A stretch of 64,000 bases of DNA from an uncultured Alphaproteobacteria bacterium. GTDB taxonomy: Bacteria; Pseudomonadota; Alphaproteobacteria; HIMB59; GCA-002718135. This document shows, piece by piece, positions 51,352 through 62,181 of the stretch (position 1 is the stretch's first letter; each line of letters begins with the position of its first letter). The stretch lies in contig CACNHX010000002.1 in NCBI GenBank assembly GCA_902620425.1, positions 4,804 to 68,803 of the forward strand, read 5' to 3'. Both the position numbers and the translations under genes were made by a program. The notes beneath the pieces were generated by a model. It searched no databases. It had not been told where the DNA came from and worked only from the letters and a program-made list of their open reading frames with translations.

Positions 51352-52407
51352 TTGTACAATAGTTCGTTAAAAATATTAAGATTATTACCTCCCGAGTTAT
51401 CTCATACTGTTACAATTAATTTTTTAAAATATTTTAAAGTAAGACATAAAAATATTGAGGATCCTATTCTTGCACAACATCTAATGGGTTTAGATTTTAC
51501 AAATCCTATAGGCCTCGCTGCCGGTTTTGATAAAAATGCTGAAGTAATGCATTCCATGTTTTCATTTGGGTTTGGATTTCTTGAAGTTGGTACAATTACA
51601 CCACAACCTCAAAGTGGCAATTCTAAACCTAGAGTATTTAGATTAAGTGAAGATAAAGCTATCATTAATAGTTTAGGTTTTAATAATAAGGGTATTAAAA
51701 AAGTAAAAAAAAATTTAATGAAATACCAAACATCATACTTAAATAATAAAATTGTAGGAGTTAATATTGGAAAAAATAAAAATTCAAGTGAAGCTATTGA
51801 TGATTATCTAATTGGTTTAGAAGAATTAGGCGATTTAGCAAGCTATATAACTATAAACATATCATCACCAAATACCGAAGGGTTGAGAGATCTACAATTG
51901 AGAGGAAAGATAGAAAAATTAATCAAAAAAATTATAAACAAAAGAGATGAAATAAAAAATATTAATACCAAGCCAATATTAATTAAAATTTCACCTGATT
52001 TAAATGAAGATCAACTTAGAGATATAGCATTAATTTCTTTGGCTAATAACATTGATGGTTTAATACTTACAAATAGTACTATCAAAAGAGAGAGCAATCT
52101 AATTTCTATAAATAAAGGAAAAAAAGGCGGTTTAAGTGGTAAACCTCTATATGATAATTCAAATATAATTTTAAAAAAAATGTATGATTTAACAAATGGT
52201 CAAATACCATTAATAGGAGTAGGGGGTATTTCAAGTGGAAAGGACTGCTATGAAAAAATTAAATCCGGTGCTTCTTTAGTTCAGTTATATACAGCTTTAA
52301 TTTATTCTGGCCCAAATTTAATCAATAGAATGAAAAGTGACTTGATTGATCTTATTAAAACTGATGGATATAAAAATCTAACTCAAGTTATTGGAAAATC
52401 AGTATAG
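51352..52407 (+). CDS. pyrD: Quinone-dependent dihydroorotate dehydrogenase (class 2)
   Basis: GLAAGFDKN, GNSKPR.FR, NISSPNT.GLR, KISPDL, GGLSG.P, GVGGI. Confidence 0.95.
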   Translation: MYNSSLKILRLLPPELSHTVTINFLKYFKVRHKNIEDPILAQHLMGLDFTNPIGLAAGFDKNAEVMHSMFSFGFGFLEVGTITPQPQSGNSKPRVFRLSEDKAIINSLGFNNKGIKKVKKNLMKYQTSYLNNKIVGVNIGKNKNSSEAIDDYLIGLEELGDLASYITINISSPNTEGLRDLQLRGKIEKLIKKIINKRDEIKNINTKPILIKISPDLNEDQLRDIALISLANNIDGLILTNSTIKRESNLISINKGKKGGLSGKPLYDNSNIILKKMYDLTNGQIPLIGVGGISSGKDCYEKIKSGASLVQLYTALIYSGPNLINRMKSDLIDLIKTDGYKNLTQVIGKSV

Positions 52408-52409
52408 TA

Positions 52410-53246
52410 ATGAAAGAAATCAAATCCATTGAAGAAATTATTTATGATTATGACAACTTTATAATTGATCAATGGGGAGTAATACATGATGGAGCATTTG
52501 GATATGATCATGCTTTTAATACTATAAATATTCTTAATAATAATAATAAAAATTTGTTTATAATTTCAAATTCATCAAAAAGATCAAAATCATCTATAAA
52601 TAGATTACCAAAACTTGGTTTTAAAATAAATTCTTTTATACATACAATGACAAGTGGAGAAATGATTTGGCAATTACTAAAAAATAATTTTTTAGATGAT
52701 AAAAATAGAAAAAATTGTTTTCATATTTATGATGAAGATAAAGAGGATGGTCTAGATTTTAGAGATGGTTTAAACTTTAATTTTGTAGAAAAAATAGAAG
52801 AAGCAGATTTAATTTTAGCTTGTACTCCTTTTATAAATTTACAGCCAATAGACTACATTCCATTACTAGAAGTAGCTTATAAAAATGAAGTAACAATGTA
52901 TTGTGCAAACCCTGACTTTGAAACTGTTGAAAATAATAGTAACAATAATGTCTTTTGTATGGGTGCTATTGGTGAAATATACAAAAAAATGGGTGGAAAT
53001 GTTATTATAAAAGGCAAGCCTGATGTAAGCATATACGCTGAAACTACTAATAAAATTAATTTAGAAAAAAAAAGAACATTAGCTATTGGAGATTCATTAT
53101 TTCATGATATTCAAGGAGCCAATAATTTTGAAATAGATAGTGTTTTAGTAAAATCTGGTATCCATAAAGATTTAAATAAAATAAATAATTTAATTAAAAA
53201 CCATCAAATAATCCCAACTTATATAATAGATAAATTTAGTATTTAG
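52410..53246 (+). CDS. HAD-superfamily hydrolase, subfamily IIA (TIGR01459-like)
   Basis: DQWGVIHDG, ISNSS, CANPD, GKP, IGDSL.HDI.GA. Confidence 0.88.
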   Translation: MKEIKSIEEIIYDYDNFIIDQWGVIHDGAFGYDHAFNTINILNNNNKNLFIISNSSKRSKSSINRLPKLGFKINSFIHTMTSGEMIWQLLKNNFLDDKNRKNCFHIYDEDKEDGLDFRDGLNFNFVEKIEEADLILACTPFINLQPIDYIPLLEVAYKNEVTMYCANPDFETVENNSNNNVFCMGAIGEIYKKMGGNVIIKGKPDVSIYAETTNKINLEKKRTLAIGDSLFHDIQGANNFEIDSVLVKSGIHKDLNKINNLIKNHQIIPTYIIDKFSI

Positions 53247-53251
53247 AATAC

Positions 53252-53279
53252 TTGACAAAGTAATATTTATATTTACATG
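53252..53279 (+). promoter_or_regulatory. Putative promoter of rpmB
   Basis: Perfect TTGACA at 53252-53257 with a weak -10 (TACATG) about 16 bp downstream. Confidence 0.45.
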
Positions 53280-53289
53280 CAACATCATT

Positions 53290-53571
53290 ATGTCAATGCG
53301 ATGTGAATTAACTGGAAAATCGTTTCAAACTGGTAATAACGTTAGTCATGCTAAAAATAGAACAAAAAGACGTTTTAAACCAAATCTTCAGAATATAACT
53401 TTTGTTAGTGAAGTTTTAGGTCAAAAATTCCAATTGAAAGTTGCTGTCAGTACAATTCGAACAGTTGAAAAAAAGGGTGGTTTAGATGAATTTCTAGTTA
53501 ATACACCTAATTCTAAATTACCGTTAAAAGCTAAAAAATTAAAAAAAACTATTCTATCAAAATCTAATTAA
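53290..53571 (+). CDS. rpmB: 50S ribosomal protein L28
   Basis: RCELTGK..GNNVSHA.N.TKRRF.PNLQ, GGLD. Confidence 0.96.
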   Translation: MSMRCELTGKSFQTGNNVSHAKNRTKRRFKPNLQNITFVSEVLGQKFQLKVAVSTIRTVEKKGGLDEFLVNTPNSKLPLKAKKLKKTILSKSN

Positions 53572-53580
53572 ATTTTTGTA

Positions 53581-54321
53581 ATGGGATTTTTCTTTGAATT
53601 AACAACAATACTTAATTCCCTCAGCACTGAACTAATGTGGTTCATAATGCTACTTTTTTGTTTTTTTTCTATTCTTATTTTTTTAAGGGTATTTGGATAT
53701 ATAGGAATTTTTATCTATTCCGCACTAGCTGTAATTGCAGGAAATATTCAAGTTTTAAAAACAGTAGACTTTTTTTATTCACCCGAACCGGTAGCATTAG
53801 GAACTATTCTTTTTGCATCAACATTTTTATGTACTGATATTTTATCTGAATATTATGGCAAGGAAAAAGCTAGAATGAATATTTTAATAGGTTTCAGCGC
53901 ATTCTTATTTATGACTTTGTTAATGGTAATTACTATTGGTTTTCAACCTTCAGATGCAGATTGGGTACAAGAGAGTTTATCAAATGTATTTACTCCCATG
54001 ACAAGATTTTTCATAGCTAGTATGATAGCATATTTAATTAGCCAATATTTTGATGTTTGGTTCTTTAACTATTTGAAACAAGCTTTATCAGGCAAGTCTC
54101 TCTGGTTAAGAAACAATTTATCTACAATTACCTCCTCTTTGGTTGACAACACTGTCTTTAGTATATTTGCTTGGATCTTATTAAATCCTGAACCAGTAAG
54201 TGTGTATAATGTCATAATGATTTATATTTTAGGCACTTATCTTCTTAGAATATTTATAGCTCTACTTGACACTCCTTTTATTTATATAGCTAAGTTTTTT
54301 ATCCCAAAAACTAATGACTAA
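53581..54321 (+). CDS. yhhQ: Queuosine-precursor transporter (YhhQ/VUT family)
   Basis: NIQV.K, FL.TDIL.E.YG, AS..AYL.SQ..DV, W.RNN.ST..S..VD..F; overlaps tgt. Confidence 0.88.
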   Translation: MGFFFELTTILNSLSTELMWFIMLLFCFFSILIFLRVFGYIGIFIYSALAVIAGNIQVLKTVDFFYSPEPVALGTILFASTFLCTDILSEYYGKEKARMNILIGFSAFLFMTLLMVITIGFQPSDADWVQESLSNVFTPMTRFFIASMIAYLISQYFDVWFFNYLKQALSGKSLWLRNNLSTITSSLVDNTVFSIFAWILLNPEPVSVYNVIMIYILGTYLLRIFIALLDTPFIYIAKFFIPKTND

Positions 54322-55513
54322 CTTTTCTTGGAAAGTTAAAAAAACAAATATAAATAATAAAGCAAGAACAGGAAAAATTTCTACACCACACGGTGATATT
54401 GAAACTCCAGCATTTATTTTTTGTGCAACAAAAGCTGCACTAAAATCCTTTACTACCCATGAAGCAAAAAAAAATAATACACAAATTATACTATCCAATA
54501 CATACCATTTAATGCTTCAACCAGGTAGTGAACTAATAGCTCAACATGGAGGTCTTCATAAATTTACTGGTTGGAATGGACCTATGTTAACAGATAGTGG
54601 TGGATTTCAAATTTTTTCTCTTGGACATGGTTCAGTTGCTGATGAAATAAAAGGGCGAAAAACAAATTCAAAAAATAAAAAAACTCTAATAAATCTAAAT
54701 GAGGAGGGTGCATTATTTAAATCTTATATAGATGGTTCTACTCATATGTTGTCTCCTGAGAAATCAATAGAGGTTCAAAGAAATCTTGGCGCAGACTTCA
54801 TCTTAGTTTTTGATGAATGCACTCCTTATAATGTAGATAAAACATATACATCTGATTCTATGAAAAGAAGTCATAGATGGTCTTTAAGATCAATCAATGC
54901 GTTTAACTCTAAACTTAATTATAATCCTAAATATGGTTCAGCTGGTAGACAAGAAATATATGGGATTATTCAAGGAGGGATCTACAGAGATCTAAGAGAA
55001 GAAAGCATTGAATTTAATACAAAAAAAATCAACACTTTTGGGATTGCTATTGGTGGAAGTTTAGGATCAAATAAAAATGAAATGAAAGATATTGTTCATT
55101 ATACTTCTTCTAAATTAGATAATACTCGTCCAGTACATTTACTAGGTATTGGTGATCCAAGGGATATATGGGATTTTGTTGCAGATGGAATCGATACATT
55201 TGATTGTGTAAGCCCAACAAGAATTGCTAGACATGGATCAGCTTTAATAAAAGGTAAACAGGGAAAAATAAACTTAAAAAATGTTAAATATAAAAACAAT
55301 TTAAACCCGATAGATAATGAATGTAATTGTTATACTTGTAAGAACTTTACACTAGCATATTTATATCACCTTTTTTCTGCACAAGAATTACTAGGATTGC
55401 ATTTGCTTACTAATCATAATATTTATTTTATGAATAATCTTATGAAAGAAGTTAGGAGTTCAATTGATAACAATGATTTTGATAATGCAAAAAAGAAATG
55501 GTTAAATTCTTAA
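54314..55513 (+). CDS. tgt: tRNA-guanine transglycosylase
   Basis: [37 protein letters not shown], Zn site C.C..C..H. Confidence 0.95.
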   Translation: MTNFSWKVKKTNINNKARTGKISTPHGDIETPAFIFCATKAALKSFTTHEAKKNNTQIILSNTYHLMLQPGSELIAQHGGLHKFTGWNGPMLTDSGGFQIFSLGHGSVADEIKGRKTNSKNKKTLINLNEEGALFKSYIDGSTHMLSPEKSIEVQRNLGADFILVFDECTPYNVDKTYTSDSMKRSHRWSLRSINAFNSKLNYNPKYGSAGRQEIYGIIQGGIYRDLREESIEFNTKKINTFGIAIGGSLGSNKNEMKDIVHYTSSKLDNTRPVHLLGIGDPRDIWDFVADGIDTFDCVSPTRIARHGSALIKGKQGKINLKNVKYKNNLNPIDNECNCYTCKNFTLAYLYHLFSAQELLGLHLLTNHNIYFMNNLMKEVRSSIDNNDFDNAKKKWLNS

Positions 55514-57291
55514 TTATCTAAATTAAAAGTAGTAGATAATTGATTTAGTAATACTTCACCTAACTGATCGACATCCATTATTGTTACAGCCTTACTATAG
55601 TATCTTGAAACATCATGCCCAATACCTATGGCAATTAATTCAATTTCATCTTTTTTTTCAATTTCACCAATTATATCTCTTAAATTTTTTTCTAAATAAT
55701 TACCTGGATTTACAGAAAGTGTTGAGTCATCAACTGGAGCACCATCACTTATAACAATAAGAATTTTTCTTTTTTCCTTTCGGAAAGATAATCTATTATA
55801 AGCCCATGATAACGCTTCTCCATCGACATTTTCCTTCAAAATTCCCTCTTTCAATAATAAGCCCAAATTTTTCTTTGACCTCCTCCATGGTGAGTCTGCA
55901 GATTTATAGATAATATGTCTTAGATCATTTAACCTGCCTGGATTAGAAGGCTTTCCATTTTTGATCCATTTTTCTCTAGAGTTTCCTCCCTTCCAAGCTT
56001 TGGTTGTAAACCCTAATATTTCAGATTTAATTAAGCATCTTTCCAATGTTTTTGCCAAAATATCTGAACAAAGGGCTGCAACCGTAATTGGTCTGCCTCT
56101 CATTGAACCAGAATTATCAATTAGAAGACTCACAATAGTATCTTTAAATTCAACTTCTTTTTCTATTTTGTAGCTTAATTTATTATTTGGATTAGCAATA
56201 ATTTTAGCTAATCTTGAAGTATCAAGAAAACCTTCTTCCATATTAAAATCCCAATGACGATTTTGCTGAGCTAAAAGTTTTCTTTGAAGTCTATTGGCAA
56301 TTTTAACAATTAATGGTTGAAAAGAAAATACTTGCTGATCAAGATTTCTTCTAAGTTTTTCTAATTCTTTGATATCACAAAGTTCTTCAGCATTAATAAT
56401 TTCATCAAAATTATAATCATAAACTTTATAATTCTCTAAATTTTCTAGAATTTTTGTATCTGGTAAATAATCTAGTTCAGTATCCCCACTTTCTTCTCCC
56501 ATATCATCATTTTCTTCTAATGAAACTGACTGCTCAATAGCTGTTTCACTTGTTTGCATTTCAATATTTGACTCAGTTTGTTCATCATTTTTTTGTTCAT
56601 CATTATTTTCATTTTCATTATCTTGATCTTCATCGTTTTGATTAATATCTTCATTCTGAGTATTGTTTGCACTGTTATTAAGTAATCCAAGTTGATCTAG
56701 TTTTTCAACTATTGTAGATGTATATTTTTCCTGATCATGCAGACATTTCTTTAAATCTATAAAAAAGTTTGAATAATCTTTTTTTAATTTTTCTTTTACA
56801 ATATTTTTAAAACTACTATTATTTTCACCCAAATCTACGCCAACAATTTCTTCAAATGCAACGTTTTTAAATGCTTTAATTAATAAATTTTGATCTTTTC
56901 TCATATTTCCAATTTTAAGATCTCTAATATACTTATTCTTTAGATTTTTTTGTATTCCCTTGAATTCACTACTACCTATAGCTTCTACTCGTGCTTGTTC
57001 CAAAACATTAATTATTTCGTTTGATAACTCATCTTGATTTAAAAAGTTTTGGTGTATGTCTTTTGAATGTAATCTGAACTCTAATGCAAAAGAGTCCGCT
57101 TCAGCTCTTAAATATTCTAGATTATTTTTGAAATTTTCAATTTTTGGTTCAGTTAAATTTATAGTGTTACCAATAATTGAAGGATTTTCTTTTACAAAAT
57201 TAATCTCTATATCTTCTTTTTTACCTATTGATTTTATCGTAGCACTTAATGACTTTTTAAAATCTTCAATAATTTCGCTATTCTTTGACAT
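55510..57291 (-). CDS. cobT: CobT-like vWA protein (cobaltochelatase CobT family)
   Basis: EQARVE, acidic linker, [33 protein letters not shown]. Confidence 0.9.
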   Translation of the reverse strand: MSKNSEIIEDFKKSLSATIKSIGKKEDIEINFVKENPSIIGNTINLTEPKIENFKNNLEYLRAEADSFALEFRLHSKDIHQNFLNQDELSNEIINVLEQARVEAIGSSEFKGIQKNLKNKYIRDLKIGNMRKDQNLLIKAFKNVAFEEIVGVDLGENNSSFKNIVKEKLKKDYSNFFIDLKKCLHDQEKYTSTIVEKLDQLGLLNNSANNTQNEDINQNDEDQDNENENNDEQKNDEQTESNIEMQTSETAIEQSVSLEENDDMGEESGDTELDYLPDTKILENLENYKVYDYNFDEIINAEELCDIKELEKLRRNLDQQVFSFQPLIVKIANRLQRKLLAQQNRHWDFNMEEGFLDTSRLAKIIANPNNKLSYKIEKEVEFKDTIVSLLIDNSGSMRGRPITVAALCSDILAKTLERCLIKSEILGFTTKAWKGGNSREKWIKNGKPSNPGRLNDLRHIIYKSADSPWRRSKKNLGLLLKEGILKENVDGEALSWAYNRLSFRKEKRKILIVISDGAPVDDSTLSVNPGNYLEKNLRDIIGEIEKKDEIELIAIGIGHDVSRYYSKAVTIMDVDQLGEVLLNQLSTTFNLDN

Positions 57292-58261
57292 TAGCTACCT
57301 TAGCATCAGTAATATCAATTCCAAATGACCTTTGAAAATATTCCTGTAAGATAGATCTCTCCATTTCATCGCATCTATTTAAAAAAGATAGTTTAAAAGA
57401 ATATTCTATATCATTGAATAGAAGATAATTTTCTGCCCAAGTCAATACAGTTCTTGGACTCATAACAGTTGAAATATCACCATTAATGAACCCTGATCTA
57501 GAAAGATCTGCAGTAGCTACCATGCATTTAACCATGTCTTTACCATCCTTATTATTAAGTTTTTTTACTTTGCTTAAGATAATATTTATTTCTTGCTCGT
57601 TACTAAGGTAATTTAAGGTTGATACAATATTCCATCTATCCATTTGACCTTGGTTTATTTGTTGAGTACCATGATACAAACCAGATGTATCACCAAGACC
57701 AACAGTGTTTGCTGTAGCAAACAACCTAAAAAATTTGTGAGGTTTAATTACTCTTGATTGATCAAGTAGAGTTAATTTACCTTCTGACTCCAAAATACGT
57801 TGAATTACAAACATTACATCAGGTCTGCCTGCATCATACTCATCAAACACTAAAGCTACAGGATTTTTGTATGACCAAGGAAGTATACCATCCTGAAACT
57901 CTGTCACCTGTTTATTATCTTTGAGTACGATAGCATCTTTGCCAATCAAATCTATCCTACTGATGTGACTATCTAAATTAATTCTAATACATGGCCAATT
58001 AAGTCTGGCTGCTACTTGTTCGATATGAGTAGATTTACCAGTGCCATGGTATCCTTGAATCAAAACTCTTCTATTAGAAGAAAACCCTGCCAGTATTGAA
58101 ATAGTTGTAGCTGGATCAAAAATATATGTTTGATCTATGTCTGGTACGTGTTCAGTTTTTTCTTTAAACTTATAAACCTCAAACTCACATGAAATCCCAA
58201 ATATTTCTTTGGGGTCAATTTTGATACTAGGCGATATTTCAATATTTTTTTTATCAGTCAT
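57278..58261 (-). CDS. cobS: CobS-like AAA+ ATPase (MoxR-related)
   Basis: Walker [17 protein letters not shown], Walker [28 protein letters not shown]. Confidence 0.93.
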   Translation of the reverse strand: MTDKKNIEISPSIKIDPKEIFGISCEFEVYKFKEKTEHVPDIDQTYIFDPATTISILAGFSSNRRVLIQGYHGTGKSTHIEQVAARLNWPCIRINLDSHISRIDLIGKDAIVLKDNKQVTEFQDGILPWSYKNPVALVFDEYDAGRPDVMFVIQRILESEGKLTLLDQSRVIKPHKFFRLFATANTVGLGDTSGLYHGTQQINQGQMDRWNIVSTLNYLSNEQEINIILSKVKKLNNKDGKDMVKCMVATADLSRSGFINGDISTVMSPRTVLTWAENYLLFNDIEYSFKLSFLNRCDEMERSILQEYFQRSFGIDITDAKVANVKE

Positions 58262-58841
58262 TTTTAAATTTTTTTAAAAGTATTCTGTATGAGTTATTTA
58301 TTTCCTTAAACTTCTCTTCTGCTTTTTTATCGTTACCATTTACATCAGGGTGAAATATTTTCACTAGTTTTTTGTAAGTTTTTTTAATTTTTTCCAATGT
58401 CAGAGGTAGTTCTAGATTGAATAATGATAGAGCTTTACTTTCTTCTTTTGTAAGATTTTCATCAACCAACTTATTTCTGAAGTAATTATTCTCTCGTTCA
58501 TTTGGGTTTAAATCATTCATTTCTTCGTTAAAAAAATTGTTAATTTGATCCATTACTTTATGATAATTTCCCTTTAATGGCCAAGATGGCCTGTTCCAGA
58601 TTATATCTTCTCTCATTGAATTCTCAATTTCATTAACTGATAATCCTTTATAAAAATCCCATGACTTATTGTATTCCTTAATATGTTCAATACAAAAATA
58701 ATAATATTGATTTAATAAAACTCTAGATTTTGGTGCTTTAAATTTACCTTCACTATTACAATCTTTGTTATCACATTTTCTAAAAAATGTTTTTTCCCAA
58801 GAGAGACTATTTTTATTAATATCTATTTTATGTTTTCTCAC
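58254..58841 (-). CDS. J-domain protein with N-terminal Cys/His motif
   Basis: C-x4-C...FC.EH..EYN..W N-terminal domain; C-terminal J domain with HPD. Start uncertain (GTG 58841 chosen). Confidence 0.85.
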   Translation of the reverse strand: MRKHKIDINKNSLSWEKTFFRKCDNKDCNSEGKFKAPKSRVLLNQYYYFCIEHIKEYNKSWDFYKGLSVNEIENSMREDIIWNRPSWPLKGNYHKVMDQINNFFNEEMNDLNPNERENNYFRNKLVDENLTKEESKALSLFNLELPLTLEKIKKTYKKLVKIFHPDVNGNDKKAEEKFKEINNSYRILLKKFKND

Positions 58842-58864
58842 ACATAATATATAGTTTAAAAATA

Positions 58865-59119
58865 ATGAATCGTAAGCAAAGAATTGGTAAAATATTATCA
58901 AATAAATTTGACAATTTTTTATTAGAAATTGTTGACAATTCAAATTTGCATAAAGGGCATAATAATTTTACAGGTAGTGGTGAAACTCATATTAAGATCA
59001 TCCTAACTAAAAAAAATAACTCCCCATTTAATAGATTAAATATTCATAGGATTATAAACAGTTTACTTGAAGAAGAATTTAAAAGCGGTTTACATTCTTT
59101 GGAAATTAAAATTAATTAA
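58865..59119 (+). CDS. bolA: BolA-family protein
   Basis: D.S.LH.GH, ETH, R...HR.I..LL.EE..GLH.L.I. Confidence 0.9.
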   Translation: MNRKQRIGKILSNKFDNFLLEIVDNSNLHKGHNNFTGSGETHIKIILTKKNNSPFNRLNIHRIINSLLEEEFKSGLHSLEIKIN

Positions 59120-60359
59120 TTTTTGATATTTCAACCTTAGATATTTGTTTCTTTGAATGTGATAAAATTTTATAGTTAAAGCAATTATCTTTAAAAGTTT
59201 CTCCGTATGAAGGTATTTTTTTTGACATATCTAAAATATATCCAGCTATTGTAGATGACTCAACTTCAGGAGGCTCTAAATCAAAACTTTTATATAGATC
59301 TCTAATATTTTTTTCTCCATTAATTATAACTTTACCATAATTATTTACCTTAAAATCATTTTCTGGAACATCAATTTCATCAACAATTTCACCAACTATT
59401 TCTTCGATGATATCCTCTAAGGTTATTAATCCAAGTAATTCGCCATATTCATCAACAACAAATGCTAAGTGTTCTTTTCTTTTTTTAAATTCTACCAATT
59501 GTTCTAATAGATTTGTAGTTTCGGGAATAAACCATGGATTAGAAATTTTATCAAATATAATTTCTTTTGATTCATTATGATTTTTTAAATCTATATTTAA
59601 AGTTCTTACGTTGAGTAAACCAATTATATTTTCAGGATTATCTTTCCAAAATGGAATACGGGTATATCTCGAATTATTAATTTTTTGAATGATATCACTA
59701 GTCTTAAGAGATGAATCTATTGAGTAAATATTTTTTCGATGTGTAAAAATTTCTTCAACAGTTATATCATTTAACTGTAATATACTTTGTAACATATCCT
59801 TTTCTTGTTCATAATCTGGATTTGAGGTCTTATAAAGATCAATAACACCTTTTAGTTCTTCTTCTGATTGAAGATCGTTATTTATTATATCATTATCATT
59901 TTTTCTAAAGATTAATCTTACGATTAAATTAATTATAAATACAAAAATAAATAAAATTTTATTTAAGAAAAAAATAATTGGAGCAATTAACAATGCAGTC
60001 CTATTTGGTCTATTAATCGCATAAGTTTTAGGAAGAACTTCAGCAAATATTACAATTACAACTGTCATAATTAGAGTTGCATAAAATATACCTTCTACTC
60101 CAAATAAGTCATAAAAAAATGCTGTAGCAAGAGAAGATGCTAGAATATTAACTAAATTGTTTGATAGTAAAAGTGTAGATATTACATTGTCTTTTTTATC
60201 TAGGAGTTCAAGTAAATACCCGGCCCTTTTACTACCCTTTTTTTTCTTATATAGAATTCTTGCTTTTGAAGTCGCAGTTATTGCAGTTTCTGATCCTGAT
60301 AAAAAACCTGACATAATTATAAGGACAATGAGTAATGAAAAAAGAAATATACTTGTCAT
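59112..60359 (-). CDS. CNNM/CBS/CorC-domain membrane protein (HlyC/CorC family)
   Basis: SGSETA, NNLVN, EVLPK, SRYTRIP, VDEYG..GLITLEDI.EEIVGEI.DE. Confidence 0.92.
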   Translation of the reverse strand: MTSIFLFSLLIVLIIMSGFLSGSETAITATSKARILYKKKKGSKRAGYLLELLDKKDNVISTLLLSNNLVNILASSLATAFFYDLFGVEGIFYATLIMTVVIVIFAEVLPKTYAINRPNRTALLIAPIIFFLNKILFIFVFIINLIVRLIFRKNDNDIINNDLQSEEELKGVIDLYKTSNPDYEQEKDMLQSILQLNDITVEEIFTHRKNIYSIDSSLKTSDIIQKINNSRYTRIPFWKDNPENIIGLLNVRTLNIDLKNHNESKEIIFDKISNPWFIPETTNLLEQLVEFKKRKEHLAFVVDEYGELLGLITLEDIIEEIVGEIVDEIDVPENDFKVNNYGKVIINGEKNIRDLYKSFDLEPPEVESSTIAGYILDMSKKIPSYGETFKDNCFNYKILSHSKKQISKVEISKIN

Positions 60360-61427
60360 TTATATATTTTGTAAAATTTTATATACTTTATTTTTATCTA
60401 ACTTTTTATAAAAAATTGAGCTTCCAATTTTATCTATAAGAGAAAAATTAATATTATTTAAAAAGTTTTTTTTATCTTTAATTAATTTTTTTATTAGCGT
60501 TTTATCCTTTAATATATTATCAAATATCTTAAGTTTACATTTTTGGAAGTGAACAATTATTCTGTCTAGTTCTTTAGATGATAGCAACCCTAGATAATTT
60601 GATATCTTTGCTTCAGTTATCATACCTATTGATATTGCTTCACCATGATTAAATTTTTTATAATTATAGCAACTTTCTACAGCGTGACCAATTGTATGAC
60701 CAAAATTTAACATAGCTCTTGAATTCTTATTTAATAAAATTTCTTTTTCATCTTTTTTAACATAGAAAAGTTTAATCATAATTGACTTATATATGGCTTT
60801 TTCTAAAAAAGATTTATTTAAACTAAGTAATTTATTTGTATTTTTTTCTAACCAACAAAAGAATGAATAATCTTTTATTAATGCATGTTTTATTATTTCT
60901 GCATATCCTGATCTTATTTCTCTATTAGGTAAACTATTTAAAATTGAAATATCAATTAGTACTTTTTTTGGCTGATAAAATGTTCCAATTAAGTTTTTTC
61001 CATAATTACTATTAATTCCATTCTTTCCTCCAATTGAGCTATCTACTTGAGACAAAAGGGTTGTAGGTATAAGGTAAAAATCTAAACCTCTTAATAAAGT
61101 ACTTGCAACAAACCCTGCCAAATCACCTAATGTTCCTCCTCCGATAGCGATAACTGCAGATTTTCTGTTTACGTTACCTCTGATTAGTTTTTCAGATAAA
61201 TTTTTATATCTATCAAAAGATTTTAATTTTTCACCACAATTAATAGAAATAATTTTTATATTCTTTAGTTTAGTAATTTCTAAATTAATATTAATCTTAG
61301 AATCTAAAATACAAAAAACTTTTTCATTTTTAATTGATATATTTTTAATAAACTTAAAAATATAATTGTTTTTAATTATAATTTCAGTTTTTAGTTTTTT
61401 GTTTTTAATTAAATATTTACTCTGCAT
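60360..61427 (-). CDS. aroB: 3-dehydroquinate synthase
   Basis: GGG..GDLAGF, PTTLLSQVDSSIGGKNG, LNFGHT.GHA, HGEA. Confidence 0.95.
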   Translation of the reverse strand: MQSKYLIKNKKLKTEIIIKNNYIFKFIKNISIKNEKVFCILDSKININLEITKLKNIKIISINCGEKLKSFDRYKNLSEKLIRGNVNRKSAVIAIGGGTLGDLAGFVASTLLRGLDFYLIPTTLLSQVDSSIGGKNGINSNYGKNLIGTFYQPKKVLIDISILNSLPNREIRSGYAEIIKHALIKDYSFFCWLEKNTNKLLSLNKSFLEKAIYKSIMIKLFYVKKDEKEILLNKNSRAMLNFGHTIGHAVESCYNYKKFNHGEAISIGMITEAKISNYLGLLSSKELDRIIVHFQKCKLKIFDNILKDKTLIKKLIKDKKNFLNNINFSLIDKIGSSIFYKKLDKNKVYKILQNI

Positions 61428-61953
61428 AGGATTTTAATTTAGATTTAATTCTCTTTAATACCTGAAATTTATCATTATTGTTATCTATAATAAAATCTGC
61501 TTTTTTATAAAATTTTTCTCTATCATTATAGATCTTTTGCAATATTTCTCCTCTATCTTTATTTATATTTAATAGAGGTCTTTTTTTTGAAGATTTTAAC
61601 CTATTTAACAAATTACTTATTTTAACTTGTAAGTATATAGAATATGAATTTTTTTTAATTATCTTTCTAATTTTACTATTAATTATACTTCCACCCCCCA
61701 AAGAAATTACACAATTATCTTGTGTTAATAAGTCGATACAAACTTTTTCTTCAACATATCGAAAATATGACTCACCTTCTTCTTTAAAAATTTCACTTAT
61801 ACTTTTTTTTGTTATTAGCTCAATTTCCTTATCAGTATCATAAAATTTTAAATTTAGAAATTTACTCAAATCTTTTCCAATTATTGATTTTCCAGAGCCC
61901 ATTAGGCCTATAATGCAAATATTTTTCTTTTTAATCTTAGTTAGATCAAACAT
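61417..61953 (-). CDS. aroK: Shikimate kinase
   Basis: GLMGSGKS, D.D, GE..FR..E, GGG, RPLL; ATG at 61953 chosen (TTG at 61980 possible). Confidence 0.93.
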   Translation of the reverse strand: MFDLTKIKKKNICIIGLMGSGKSIIGKDLSKFLNLKFYDTDKEIELITKKSISEIFKEEGESYFRYVEEKVCIDLLTQDNCVISLGGGSIINSKIRKIIKKNSYSIYLQVKISNLLNRLKSSKKRPLLNINKDRGEILQKIYNDREKFYKKADFIIDNNNDKFQVLKRIKSKLKSYAE

Positions 61954-62052
61954 ATTATTAATATTTCTTATTCTTGACAAATTTTTGTTGAAATTAGAAA
62001 AAACTTAAAAAAATGGTAAAAACATATAATAGTCATTTTTTTAATATTATAT

Positions 62053-62181
62053 ATGAAAAATAAGTACATTATATATTTTTTTGCAATACTAACAATTGTA
62101 ATTTTTGCTACGCTTTACATGATTGAAATACCTTCACCTTCTACAATAATTACTGAGAAATATACATTAAATATAAAATGA
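62053..62181 (+). CDS. Small single-pass membrane protein (42 aa), not in the ORF track
   Basis: MKNKYIIYFFAILTIVIFATLYMIEIPSPSTIITEKYTLNIK*; its TGA overlaps the next ATG (ATGA). Confidence 0.65.
   Translation: MKNKYIIYFFAILTIVIFATLYMIEIPSPSTIITEKYTLNIK

Noticed and set aside
56500-56680. Low-complexity TCATT/TCATC-rich tract as a DNA repeat element
   Set aside because: It encodes the acidic Asp/Glu/Asn linker normal for CobT
58842-58943. Extended N-terminus of the J-domain ORF overlapping bolA, and similar extensions at 33747, 43619, 12777 and 13697
   Set aside because: These are artefacts of longest-ORF calling; downstream starts avoid head-to-head overlaps and match family N-termini
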